Assembly (NCBI GenBank): GCA_964291285.2
Contig: OZ219787.1
Span: 896,001-960,000, forward strand
Direction of reading: 5' to 3'
Length of the DNA stretch: 64,000 bases
Source: Alphaproteobacteria bacterium
GTDB lineage: Bacteria; Pseudomonadota; Alphaproteobacteria; Bin95
The position numbers were made by a program, and so were the translations under genes. Of the stretch, positions 36,461 to 45,317 are shown in pieces (the first letter of the stretch is position 1; every line of letters starts with the position of its first letter). The notes beneath the pieces were generated by a model. That model was not told the origin of the DNA. It made no database searches and saw only the letters and a list, made by a program, of their open reading frames with translations.

Positions 36461-37609
36461 ATGACATCCCTGCATGACTGGCTGGTCGGGGCGGCGTGGG
36501 AGTGCGGGTCGCCGGGGGCGTTGACGGCGGCTTACGGGCAGGCGCTGAACGAAGCGGGCATTCCGGTCTGGCGGGTGCAGGTGGGGCTGCGCACGCTGCA
36601 TCCGCTGCTGGTGGCGGAAAACCACACCTGGCGGGCGGATGCGGACGGCGTCGAGGTCGCCTACGCCACCCGCGAGACGGTGAGTTCGGACGCCTTCCTG
36701 CGCAGCCCGCTGGCGCCGCTCTACGAGGGCGCGGGCGCCATACGCTGCCGCCTCGCGGGCGAGCATGCCGCGCTCGACTACCCGGTCCTGCACGACCTGG
36801 CGGCAGCGGGCGCGACCGACTATGCGGCGCTGCCGATGTCCTTTTCCGACGGCCAGCTGAACGCGGTGACCTTCGCGACGCGGGACGCCGCTGGATTCAC
36901 CACCGGGGCGCTCGGCCGGATCAGCGCATCGGTCGGGCTGCTCGGCCGGCTGTTCGAGGTCCATATCCTCCGGGCGACGGCGGGCACCCTGCTCGACACC
37001 TATCTCGGCAAACGCTCGGGGCGGCGGGTGCTCGACGGCTCGATCCGGCGCGGCGACGGGGAGGAGATCGAGGCGGCGGTCTGGTTCGCCGACCTGCGCG
37101 GCTCCACCGCCATGGCCGAACGGCTGCCGTGCGAACTCTATCTCGATGCGCTCAATACCTTCTTCGACGCGACGGCGGGCTCCGTGGCGGACCGGGGCGG
37201 GGAGGTGCTCAAGTTCATCGGCGACGCGGTGCTTGCGATTTTCCCGGTCGAGGGCGGCAGGCCGGACGCCTGCATGAGGGCGCTGGCGGCGGCCCGCGGC
37301 GCGCTCGCCCGCCTCGACGGGCTGAACGAATACCGAGACCCGGAATGGCCGGAGCTGCGCGCGGCGCTGGCGCTGCATCTGGGCGCGGTCAGTTTCGGCA
37401 ATATCGGCACGGCCGACCGGCTCGACTTCACCGCCATCGGGCCGGCGGTCAACGAGACCGCGCGCCTCGCCGAAGCCTGCAAGCAGGCCGGGCGGCCGCT
37501 GCTCGCCTCGCACGCCTTCGCGACGGCGCTGCCGGAGGCTTTCGCGCCGCTCGACCGCTTCCGGCTGCGCGGCGTCGCCGAAGCGATGCAGGTCTTCGTC
37601 CCGGTTTGA
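36461..37609 (+). CDS. Class III adenylate/guanylate cyclase
   Basis: WFADLRGST, LKFIGDAVL and GNIG..RLDFTAIGPAVNETARL. Confidence 0.92.
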   Translation: MTSLHDWLVGAAWECGSPGALTAAYGQALNEAGIPVWRVQVGLRTLHPLLVAENHTWRADADGVEVAYATRETVSSDAFLRSPLAPLYEGAGAIRCRLAGEHAALDYPVLHDLAAAGATDYAALPMSFSDGQLNAVTFATRDAAGFTTGALGRISASVGLLGRLFEVHILRATAGTLLDTYLGKRSGRRVLDGSIRRGDGEEIEAAVWFADLRGSTAMAERLPCELYLDALNTFFDATAGSVADRGGEVLKFIGDAVLAIFPVEGGRPDACMRALAAARGALARLDGLNEYRDPEWPELRAALALHLGAVSFGNIGTADRLDFTAIGPAVNETARLAEACKQAGRPLLASHAFATALPEAFAPLDRFRLRGVAEAMQVFVPV

Positions 37610-37673
37610 CCGGGTGTCTGGCGCAAAGCGGCAAATATGGCCAGGCGGCGGACCGTCGGGCATTATGTTGCCC

Positions 37674-37898
37674 ATGACTGCCAATCGGGGATTCACCGGG
37701 CTTGACCCGGAGGCGGGCGACGAAGCCGCCGCGACTGACCGGCCGGGCCGGGCCGCTACTGGACCCATGCCCCGCGACACGCTCGACAAGACCGGTCCCG
37801 AATGGGCGGCAGCCTATCGGAGGATGATGGAGCAGCTTGAGAAGGGCGCTTCGCTGGGCGGGCTGAGGATCGAGCGGGAAGACCTTTACGACCGGTAG
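37674..37898 (+). CDS. Small protein with antitoxin-like C-terminus; possibly a remnant
   Basis: Ends LGGLRIEREDLYDR*, resembling antitoxins found upstream of PIN toxins; no toxin follows. Confidence 0.45.
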   Translation: MTANRGFTGLDPEAGDEAAATDRPGRAATGPMPRDTLDKTGPEWAAAYRRMMEQLEKGASLGGLRIEREDLYDR

Positions 37899-37917
37899 AG
37901 GCCGCCGCCCCGCGCCC

Positions 37918-38721
37918 TCAGCTTCCCGCGCCGATCAGCTCCGCGTAGGCGTCGTTCACCTCGTCGATGATCTCGTCGTGCATGACGCCCATGCAGGACC
38001 GGAAGCCGTAGAGCCTGACATTGCCCGCCGCGTTCACATGCTTGCAGTCGTCATAGGCGCTCTGCGCCATGGACTGCGCGCGGGGCGTCTCGCGTTCGGG
38101 CTCGGCCCCGGTCCATGCCTTGCGCCGTTCGCCGCGCGTGACCGGACGGTCGGCAGGCACGGCGTTCAGCACGTCGCGGACGATCCGGGTGGCGCCGACC
38201 TGGTCCGGATGCTCCTCGATCGTATAGAGGGCGGCCTGGCGCGCGGTCGTGGCGAGGAAGGCGAGGTCCTCTTCGTCCTGCGCCCGGGGGTCGCCCGCGA
38301 CCGCCTGCGGCACGAGCATGACCGGCTCGCTGACCTGGACCGAGAGGCGGATCACGCCGTATTCGCGCAGCACAGGCGCCGGCACGGTCAGCATGACGGC
38401 GGAGTGGTCGCGCTCCGCGGTCAGGATGGCGTTGCTCTCCAGCGGCAGCACGACCTGCCCGCCGTCCGCGCGGTGGCCGACCAGCCGGATGGCGCCCTGC
38501 TGGTCCGCCATCGCCAGAATGTTGTAGCGGTGGCCGAACTCGGGATTCGGGCGGTCGGGCTGCAGGCAGAAGGTGGTGATCTCCGCCCGGCAGGCCGCGC
38601 CCGCGCAGGCAAGATGCACCTCGCCGCTGCCCGCGGCCACCATCAGGGCCTGGGGCGCGGCGGCCGCCCCTCCGGCGGCAAGGGCGAAAGCGGCGGCGAG
38701 ACCGGGCAACAGGCGGCGCAT
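37918..38721 (-). CDS. Secreted hypothetical protein
   Basis: Signal peptide MRRLLPGLAAAFALAAGGAAA; several Cys; AAGGAGG RBS. Confidence 0.78.
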   Translation of the reverse strand: MRRLLPGLAAAFALAAGGAAAAPQALMVAAGSGEVHLACAGAACRAEITTFCLQPDRPNPEFGHRYNILAMADQQGAIRLVGHRADGGQVVLPLESNAILTAERDHSAVMLTVPAPVLREYGVIRLSVQVSEPVMLVPQAVAGDPRAQDEEDLAFLATTARQAALYTIEEHPDQVGATRIVRDVLNAVPADRPVTRGERRKAWTGAEPERETPRAQSMAQSAYDDCKHVNAAGNVRLYGFRSCMGVMHDEIIDEVNDAYAELIGAGS

Positions 38722-38866
38722 GGGCTGGTTCCTCCTTCGTGCCTCCCGTCGGGCTGCGACAGGGCAAGCCATGCTGCGCCTCCGGCGGCGGCCCGTCAAC
38801 GCCGCATAGATCGCTTGTTCCTAAGGAAGCGCATCTACTCGGAACTCCAGCGTGGACCTATAGTAG

Positions 38867-39454
38867 TCAGTCCGTCCAGCCTTTTCTGCAGTCTCCGCTC
38901 CAATTGCGACCGAATTGGCGCCGGCTATTGTCGGGGTCAAGCTCATTTCGTCGCTCGAAAGCCCGGTGAATCCACTTCTTTATCCGTCGTGCTTTCTCGC
39001 GTTTCGGCCAGTCATGAATGACTGCAAAGGGATCGCTCGCTACTCCGAAAGGATCTTCATCATCGCAGTTATCTGCAAGTCTCGGTGGTATCCTGTAAGG
39101 AAAATATCTATTGGTTCCATAGTCGGGGTGATTCGGAAGCCGAATTCCCAACAAACCGCACCGGGGATTCTTCCGGGTATATCGTAATCCAGAACCTATT
39201 TCCCAATCGACATGTTTGCGTTGCCATGTGCAGGGACCAACTAGCACCACGATCACGGTTGCATCAGAAATGAACTCATCGCGAATCTTCTGACGTATGG
39301 TTCCCGTTTTCATATTACTGTCATTTATGTCTCCATCACGGACTGCTTTGTCAACAAGGTTATCTTCCATGATCTTCGCAAATATGTCTCTGTAGCGATC
39401 GTCATCATGATGAAAGCTAACGAAAACCTTGTGCCTTGGGATATTCTGATTCAT
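38867..39454 (-). CDS. TIR-domain protein, Thoeris ThsB/DUF1863-like
   Basis: HKVFVSFHH, IRQKIRDEFISDATVIVVLVG, RKHVDWEI (catalytic Glu) and IPPRLADN; AT-richer than flanks. Confidence 0.9.
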   Translation of the reverse strand: MNQNIPRHKVFVSFHHDDDRYRDIFAKIMEDNLVDKAVRDGDINDSNMKTGTIRQKIRDEFISDATVIVVLVGPCTWQRKHVDWEIGSGLRYTRKNPRCGLLGIRLPNHPDYGTNRYFPYRIPPRLADNCDDEDPFGVASDPFAVIHDWPKREKARRIKKWIHRAFERRNELDPDNSRRQFGRNWSGDCRKGWTD

Positions 39455-39936
39455 TGCTCCTGTCCTTGTTGTTCCATATCGGTTAAGTCCTCAACACCAG
39501 CGATGTCCGCCAGCATCCGGTTATAGTTTTGCAATTCCGCTTGCAAGGCTTTCAAGTCGTCGCGGAATTCGGCCCGTTTCCCAGCGTCGTCGAAATCTCC
39601 CTGGAGAGCCTCCAAGTGCCATTTTGCTGTGAACGGACGCACAATCTGGTTTAAGACCGGGATGGCGATCTTGCTGAACTGGATGGTTTGTCGCCCGCGT
39701 TGGCGCAGTATCCCGCGCGTTGTCGGGAATAGCGAGTAAACGCTGTCGAGCGCCGTTTTGTCGTCTCCGTGCTCCGAAGGCAGGGGCTGGGTCACGATCC
39801 TGGTCAGCATCTCGACATATAATTCCCATGCCGCATCCTTGTCGGCTTCTGAAAAGTCTATATTGGCCTCGAATATCGACGCATTGATCTTTATTGACCG
39901 TAGTTGGAATTTCCCGAACAAGTCCTTGAGATTCAT
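39451..39936 (-). CDS. Uncharacterised 161-aa protein translationally coupled to the TIR gene
   Basis: GAGGAG RBS; ATGA overlap; AAWELYVEMLTRI, ALDSVYSLF and VLNQIVRPFTAKWH blocks. Confidence 0.85.
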   Translation of the reverse strand: MNLKDLFGKFQLRSIKINASIFEANIDFSEADKDAAWELYVEMLTRIVTQPLPSEHGDDKTALDSVYSLFPTTRGILRQRGRQTIQFSKIAIPVLNQIVRPFTAKWHLEALQGDFDDAGKRAEFRDDLKALQAELQNYNRMLADIAGVEDLTDMEQQGQEQ

Positions 39937-39990
39937 TGCTTCAGCTCCTCGGAAGCAAGCAGCCTCCAGTTAGCCTGCTGCCGTGGTGTT

Positions 39991-41214
39991 TCAAGCCCCT
40001 AGCGACCCCCAGTCTATCGGCTTCGTGCGGTCCAGGCGGCGGTCCATGGCGGGCATCGGGTATTTCAGGCCGGTGGCGCAGTTGAAGAGGACCGAGCGCG
40101 CGCCGGAGGCGATCCGTCCCTCCGCCATGGCGCGTTTCCAGGCGGCGTAGGTAGCCGCACCTTCCGGGCAGAGCAGCAGGCCTTCCTCGCGCGCCATCTC
40201 CGCCTGCGCCTGCTCGATCTCGCTGTCGGGCACCGCCACCGCATACCCGCCGCTCTCGCGCACCGCGTCGAGGATCAGGAAATCGCCGAGCGCGGCCGGC
40301 ACGCGGATGCCCATGGCGACGGTCTCCGCGCCTTCCCAGCGCTCCGCATGGCGCTCGCCGCGCTCGAAGGCGCGCACGATGGGCTGGCAGCCTTCCGCCT
40401 GCACGGCGATCATCCGCGGGCGCTCCGGGCCGATCAGGCCGACCGCTTCCATCTCGGCGAACGCCTTCCACATGCCGATCAACCCGGTGCCGCCGCCGGT
40501 GGGGTAGAAGATCGCGTCGGGCAGGGTCCAGCCGAACTGCTCCGCCAGCTCCATGCCCATCGTCTTCTTGCCTTCGATCCGGTAGGGCTCCTTCAGGGTC
40601 GAGCAGTCGAACCAGCCCATCGCGTCGCGGCCCTCGCCGACGAGCTTGCCGCAATCGTCGATATAGCCGTTGACCCGCCAGACCTCCGCGCCCTGCAACG
40701 CGATCTCGCGCACATTCACTTCCGGCGTGTCGGCCGGGCAGAACACGAAGGCCTCCATGCCGGCCCGTCGGCAATAGGCGGCGAGCGCCGCGCCGGCATT
40801 GCCGTTGGTCGGCATGGCGATGCGTTTTACGCCCAGCTCCTTCGCCATCGAGACCGCCATCACCAGCCCGCGCGCCTTGAAGGAACCGGTCGGCAAGCGG
40901 CCCTCGTCCTTCACATAGAGGCCCTCGCCGGCGCGCGTGACGGCCACGAGCGGCGTCATCTCCTCGCCGAGGCTGACGATGTTCTCCAGCCGGCGCACGG
41001 GCAGCAGTTCGCGGTAGCGCCAGAGCGTCGGCGCGCGCTTCGCCAGCGCCTCCCGCGTGAGCGAGGCGGCCGCGCCCTCCAGGTCGTAGCGCACCAGAAG
41101 CGGCTTGCCGGCCGCCGACAGGTTGTGCAGCCGGTCGGCCTCCAGCCGCTCGCCGGTGTAGCCGCATTCCAGATGCGTCGCGAAACTGCGCGTGTCCGGT
41201 GCGTGCGCCTGCAT
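39991..41214 (-). CDS. thrC: Threonine synthase-like PLP enzyme
   Basis: LWRYRELLP, PTGSFKARG, TNGNAG, EGKKT and PTGGGTG. Confidence 0.85.
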   Translation of the reverse strand: MQAHAPDTRSFATHLECGYTGERLEADRLHNLSAAGKPLLVRYDLEGAAASLTREALAKRAPTLWRYRELLPVRRLENIVSLGEEMTPLVAVTRAGEGLYVKDEGRLPTGSFKARGLVMAVSMAKELGVKRIAMPTNGNAGAALAAYCRRAGMEAFVFCPADTPEVNVREIALQGAEVWRVNGYIDDCGKLVGEGRDAMGWFDCSTLKEPYRIEGKKTMGMELAEQFGWTLPDAIFYPTGGGTGLIGMWKAFAEMEAVGLIGPERPRMIAVQAEGCQPIVRAFERGERHAERWEGAETVAMGIRVPAALGDFLILDAVRESGGYAVAVPDSEIEQAQAEMAREEGLLLCPEGAATYAAWKRAMAEGRIASGARSVLFNCATGLKYPMPAMDRRLDRTKPIDWGSLGA

Positions 41215-41286
41215 CGCCCCCTCCCTTGCGTCGATGGCCGAGCATTAGCAGATTCCGGACCCGACGCCACCGGAAGGAATGCCCCC

Positions 41287-42732
41287 ATGCGCCTCGGGAT
41301 CGCCGAGTTCAGCCTCGAATCCGTGACTTTCCTGCCGGAGACCACGGGCATCGACGTCTTCGAGCGGGGCGCGCTGCGGGGGGCCGATGTCATCAGCGGC
41401 AACCGGGGCGCCAATACCGCGCTCGGCGGGTTCATCGATGTCTGCGAGGCGGAAGGTGCCGCCATGCAGGGCATCGTCGCGGTCGGCGCGGGCGCGGCGG
41501 CGTCGGCCAGCGAGGAGGCGCTGGCGCGCTACACGGAGGAGATCGTGGCGGGGCTCGACGGTCTCGACGGGCTGCTGATCCACCTTCACGGCGCGCTCGC
41601 CACGCCCGCCAACCGCAAGGCGGACGCGCATGTGCTGGCCGCGGTCCGCGCCGCCGCCGGGCCGGACTTCCCGGTCGCCTGCGCCATGGACCTGCACGGC
41701 AATCTCGGGCCCGAGGTCGTCGAGGCCGCCGACGTCGTGACCGGCTACCGCTCCAGCCCGCATGTCGATATGGCCGAGACCGGCCGGCGCGCGGCGCGCA
41801 TCCTGCTGGCGGCGATGCAGAGCCGGGTCCGCCCGGTCATGGCGTTCGCGAAGCCGGGCGTGATGCTCCCCAGCATCTTCACGGCCACCGCGCTGCGTCC
41901 GCTCGCCGACATCAAGCGGCAGGCGGCGGCCTGGCAGGCGCGTGAGGAGGCGCTGCTCGACGTGTCGGTGTTTTGCGGTTTCGCCTATGCGGACACGCCC
42001 GACACCGGCATGAGCGTCGTCGCGGTGGCGGACGGCGACGAGGCGCTTGCCCGAAGGGCGGCGGACGACCTGTCGGAGCAATGCAGCCTCAACCGCTTCC
42101 GGCTGCTGAAGCGCGAACTGGTCCACAGCGTCGAAGAGGGACTGGACAGGGCGGCGGCGGTCGAGGGCGGCCCGGTCTGCCTGCTGGAGCATGCCGACCG
42201 GATGAACGACAGCACCTGGACGCTCCGCGAGATGCTGGCGCGCGGCATGGGCCCCGCCTATGCGCCTTTCGTCTGCGATCCGGAGGCGGCGTCGGCCTGC
42301 ATGGCCGCTGGAGCGGGCGCACGCCTCAGGCTCGCTTTCGCCGGCAAGTCGTCAGAGAAGGCCGGCGGCCCCCTGGAGGCCGATGTGGAAGTGCTGGAGG
42401 CCGGTGAGAAACGCTTCCGCATCACCGGGCCTCTCAAGACGGGCACGAAAATCTCGCTCGGGCCCTCCGCGCTTATCCGCACCGGCGAAGTCACGGTCTC
42501 GCTCGTTTCGGCCAACTACTCCGCCATCGACCTGGACTGCTTCACCCAATTCGGCCTCTCGCCGGAGGATTTCCGCTACATCCTGCTGCGCTCCAAGACC
42601 CACTTCCGCGAGGTCTATGAACCGCTCTGCGCGGCCATCGTGATCCTGGACACGCCCGACTGGGGCCCCGCCGACCTCGCCCTCCTGCCCTACGAGCACG
42701 TCCCGCCCGCCACCTTTCCGCTCGGTGAATAG
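41287..42732 (+). CDS. M81 (MlrC-like) metallopeptidase
   Basis: LESVTF, HLHGA, MDLHGN, PHVD and LRSKTHFR. Confidence 0.9.
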   Translation: MRLGIAEFSLESVTFLPETTGIDVFERGALRGADVISGNRGANTALGGFIDVCEAEGAAMQGIVAVGAGAAASASEEALARYTEEIVAGLDGLDGLLIHLHGALATPANRKADAHVLAAVRAAAGPDFPVACAMDLHGNLGPEVVEAADVVTGYRSSPHVDMAETGRRAARILLAAMQSRVRPVMAFAKPGVMLPSIFTATALRPLADIKRQAAAWQAREEALLDVSVFCGFAYADTPDTGMSVVAVADGDEALARRAADDLSEQCSLNRFRLLKRELVHSVEEGLDRAAAVEGGPVCLLEHADRMNDSTWTLREMLARGMGPAYAPFVCDPEAASACMAAGAGARLRLAFAGKSSEKAGGPLEADVEVLEAGEKRFRITGPLKTGTKISLGPSALIRTGEVTVSLVSANYSAIDLDCFTQFGLSPEDFRYILLRSKTHFREVYEPLCAAIVILDTPDWGPADLALLPYEHVPPATFPLGE

Positions 42733-42918
42733 CCGGGTTGAGAGGTTGAAATGCGCAGCGCGCGACCGGATAGGCGCAAATGTTGGCGACGCGCATGGAC
42801 CCGACCATATTGTCAGGTTGTTGCAGGCGCGCAGAGCCGTCGGTGCGTTTCGTGAAGCGGGACGTCCCGCGTGGGGTCTGGACAGCGCCTGTTGTCCATC
42901 ATCAGGTCGGGACGAGCC

Positions 42919-43965
42919 TTAGTTTACCGGGGTTGATCCTGATCTCGCCGTACTGGTTGACGTTCTTCCGTTCGATAGGTCTGATGCGGGCGTGTCCCCG
43001 TCTGACTCTCCCTCTCGCCGGATTCTCATGAGCATGTAGCGTTTCCGGCGCGCGAATTCGACGGGGTCCAATATCTCAAGCGAGCGCTCGAGGGAACGTC
43101 GCGAGCCTTCGAATATGTTCTCCAGAACGTAGTGCACGCCGGGGGATTTCGATTGGACCTTGCCCTGCGTGTAATCGAATAACGGGAGACCGAGTCGGGT
43201 TGCGAGCAAGTGAGCGAAACCGAGTGTGGGCAGCACATGCACGGTAATGTCGCGACTGTGGACGATTCGAAATCCTTCGGAGTCGAGCCGTTTCCGAAAA
43301 TCCTCCCATAGCCATCCGGAACGCTCGCCTCCGGGTTGCGTGCGAAAGTAGTCGGCGACGATCCAGGCTCCTCCGGGTGCCAGAATCTGCTGGACAACAG
43401 GGATTACCCGAATGGGATTCATGTACTGGATTGACTCGGCGTGAATGATGGTCCCGAAGGCCCCTTTGTAGTCATCTGACGGCAAATCCTCGAACCGGCA
43501 GTGGAGGATCGGGACTCCTCGACGGGCGCGGTGGATGTACTCAACCTCGAGAACATCGGGCGTCAAGCCGGTCGCGTCGAATCCGGCCTCCTTCAGGAGG
43601 CTCAGCACTCCGCCCCTGCCGCAGCCGACATCGAGAACAGGTGCGCCGGGAACGTCGATCAGCTTCAGGATCTCCTGAGCATATCTCAATTGCGCGTGCT
43701 GCATATCGTGGAAGCTGATTCGTTCCGGCGACACGCTCGCGTCGTCGAAGTAACCGTAGTGGAGAAAATCGCCTGGGAGCACCTGGCTGTACAGGTCAAG
43801 CTGCGTGTTTTTCAGTCCGGTAGGGAACCGACGATGCAGGCGCCCGCGTCCGATCCGCCGCACCACATGATGAGGCAGGAATGTCCGGATCAGGATCTCA
43901 CTAATGACGCGGGTGCTCGTAAGGCGAAGATCTGCTCGGGATGCCGCCGTATCGGACTTCGCCAC
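42919..43965 (-). CDS. Class I SAM-dependent methyltransferase (sterol/tocopherol/CMAS-like)
   Basis: LHYGYF, VLDVGCGRGG and ESIQY; GGAGG RBS with GTG start. Confidence 0.85.
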   Translation of the reverse strand: MAKSDTAASRADLRLTSTRVISEILIRTFLPHHVVRRIGRGRLHRRFPTGLKNTQLDLYSQVLPGDFLHYGYFDDASVSPERISFHDMQHAQLRYAQEILKLIDVPGAPVLDVGCGRGGVLSLLKEAGFDATGLTPDVLEVEYIHRARRGVPILHCRFEDLPSDDYKGAFGTIIHAESIQYMNPIRVIPVVQQILAPGGAWIVADYFRTQPGGERSGWLWEDFRKRLDSEGFRIVHSRDITVHVLPTLGFAHLLATRLGLPLFDYTQGKVQSKSPGVHYVLENIFEGSRRSLERSLEILDPVEFARRKRYMLMRIRREGESDGDTPASDLSNGRTSTSTARSGSTPVN

Positions 43966-44315
43966 TTCCAGTCCTCCACTTGCCGTTCCAGCGAGAAACG
44001 CTCGGGCAGCGCGAGGACGGCAACCGATATGTCAGCTCGAGAGCGCTCCCCACCAGCCCGGCCGCAAACGCTAACCCGGTTGCACCCTTCCGCGCATCCC
44101 CTAGATTGGGGAAATTCGGGACAGGCTCGCGCGCATCGCCGATCTTGAGGAACAGATCGACGGCACGCAGGAGATGGTCTTCGAACTTTCGCCCGGCGAC
44201 CGGAGGGAATGGGCGTTGGCCGCTTGGACTCGCGGTCGCGCCGGGCCACAGGGAAGCCGGAAACTTCTACGCTATAGGAAACGCCCGGGCGACCGAACGA
44301 AAGGAGCGCCGCTGC

Positions 44316-44993
44316 ATGGCGAAATACCGGCTGGTCACCTTCGACGCCTATAGCGGCCTGGCGGACTTCCGCGCGACGCTGACGCCCGCCGTCGCGCGGC
44401 TCCTGGACCTTTCCGCCGATGCGACACATGCCTTCCTCACCTCCTGGCGGGCCGGCCAGCTTCGCGCCGCCGCTCTCTCGAACGCTCTGAAACGGGGACG
44501 CACGAGCTTCCACGACTGCACGGCGCTGGCCCTCGAACATGCGGCAGCCGAGCGCGGCATCTCTGTTCCGGCCGACAGGCGGGAAGAGTTGGTAGCGGCC
44601 TGGTATCCGCTTCGGCCGTGGCCGGAGGCGCCGGAGGTGCTGCGCGCGCTCAGGTCGCGGGGCTGCGAGCTGGCGCTTCTGTCGAACGGCGACCGCGCCA
44701 TGTTGGAAGCCGTCGCCGGACAACTGCCCGTCCCGTTGGATCACATATTCTCGACGGCGGACTCGGACTCCTACAAGCCCGACCCGGAGGTCTATGACCT
44801 GCCGGTGCATGCGCTCGGCATCGCCCGCGAGGACTATCTGCATGTCGCCGGCGGCGCCAACGATGTCATCGGCGCGAAATCGGCGGGTGTGGCCTGCTAC
44901 TGGAACAACCGGACAGGCGACCGGGTGCTGCTGCCCGAGTTCGCCGCCGACGCCGAGGGACCGGACCTTCGCGGCGTGCTGGACCTTGTGTGA
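44316..44993 (+). CDS. HAD family hydrolase (haloacid dehalogenase type II-like)
   Basis: VTFDAYSGL, LLSNGD and YKPDPEVY. Confidence 0.9.
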   Translation: MAKYRLVTFDAYSGLADFRATLTPAVARLLDLSADATHAFLTSWRAGQLRAAALSNALKRGRTSFHDCTALALEHAAAERGISVPADRREELVAAWYPLRPWPEAPEVLRALRSRGCELALLSNGDRAMLEAVAGQLPVPLDHIFSTADSDSYKPDPEVYDLPVHALGIAREDYLHVAGGANDVIGAKSAGVACYWNNRTGDRVLLPEFAADAEGPDLRGVLDLV

Positions 44994-45056
44994 AAGGAAG
45001 GAGCGGGCCCCGCTCCTCCCCCGGCGAGGGCCTGCCCGATAGCCGGATTTTGCAAT

Positions 45057-45317
45057 TTGTTCACATTTAGAGAAATATTTCATAAATCAGGTTGACCTCG
45101 CGAGGTCGATTGGCCATATAAGGGCAGGAGGAAAGGAGCGGCATCCGGAGGCCGTTTCGATTCGCGCCGGTGCGAAAAAACACCCGAGAAGCCGACAGGA
45201 CAAGTGCGCCCTGCGTTTCGCTCTCGCGCGCGCCGGCGCAATCAGGCGCGCGATTCGCGCCGCCGCGGAACGCGCGCGGGCACGCGCAGGCGCCCGCGCG
45301 CATCATGCGCGAATTAG
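45057..45317 (+). repeat. Dispersed element, copy 3, 5' part (interrupted by IS1634)
   Basis: TTGACC-17 bp-CATATA (45092-45120), GTGCGCCCTG (45204) and GCAATCAGGCGCGCGA (45238). Confidence 0.88.
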
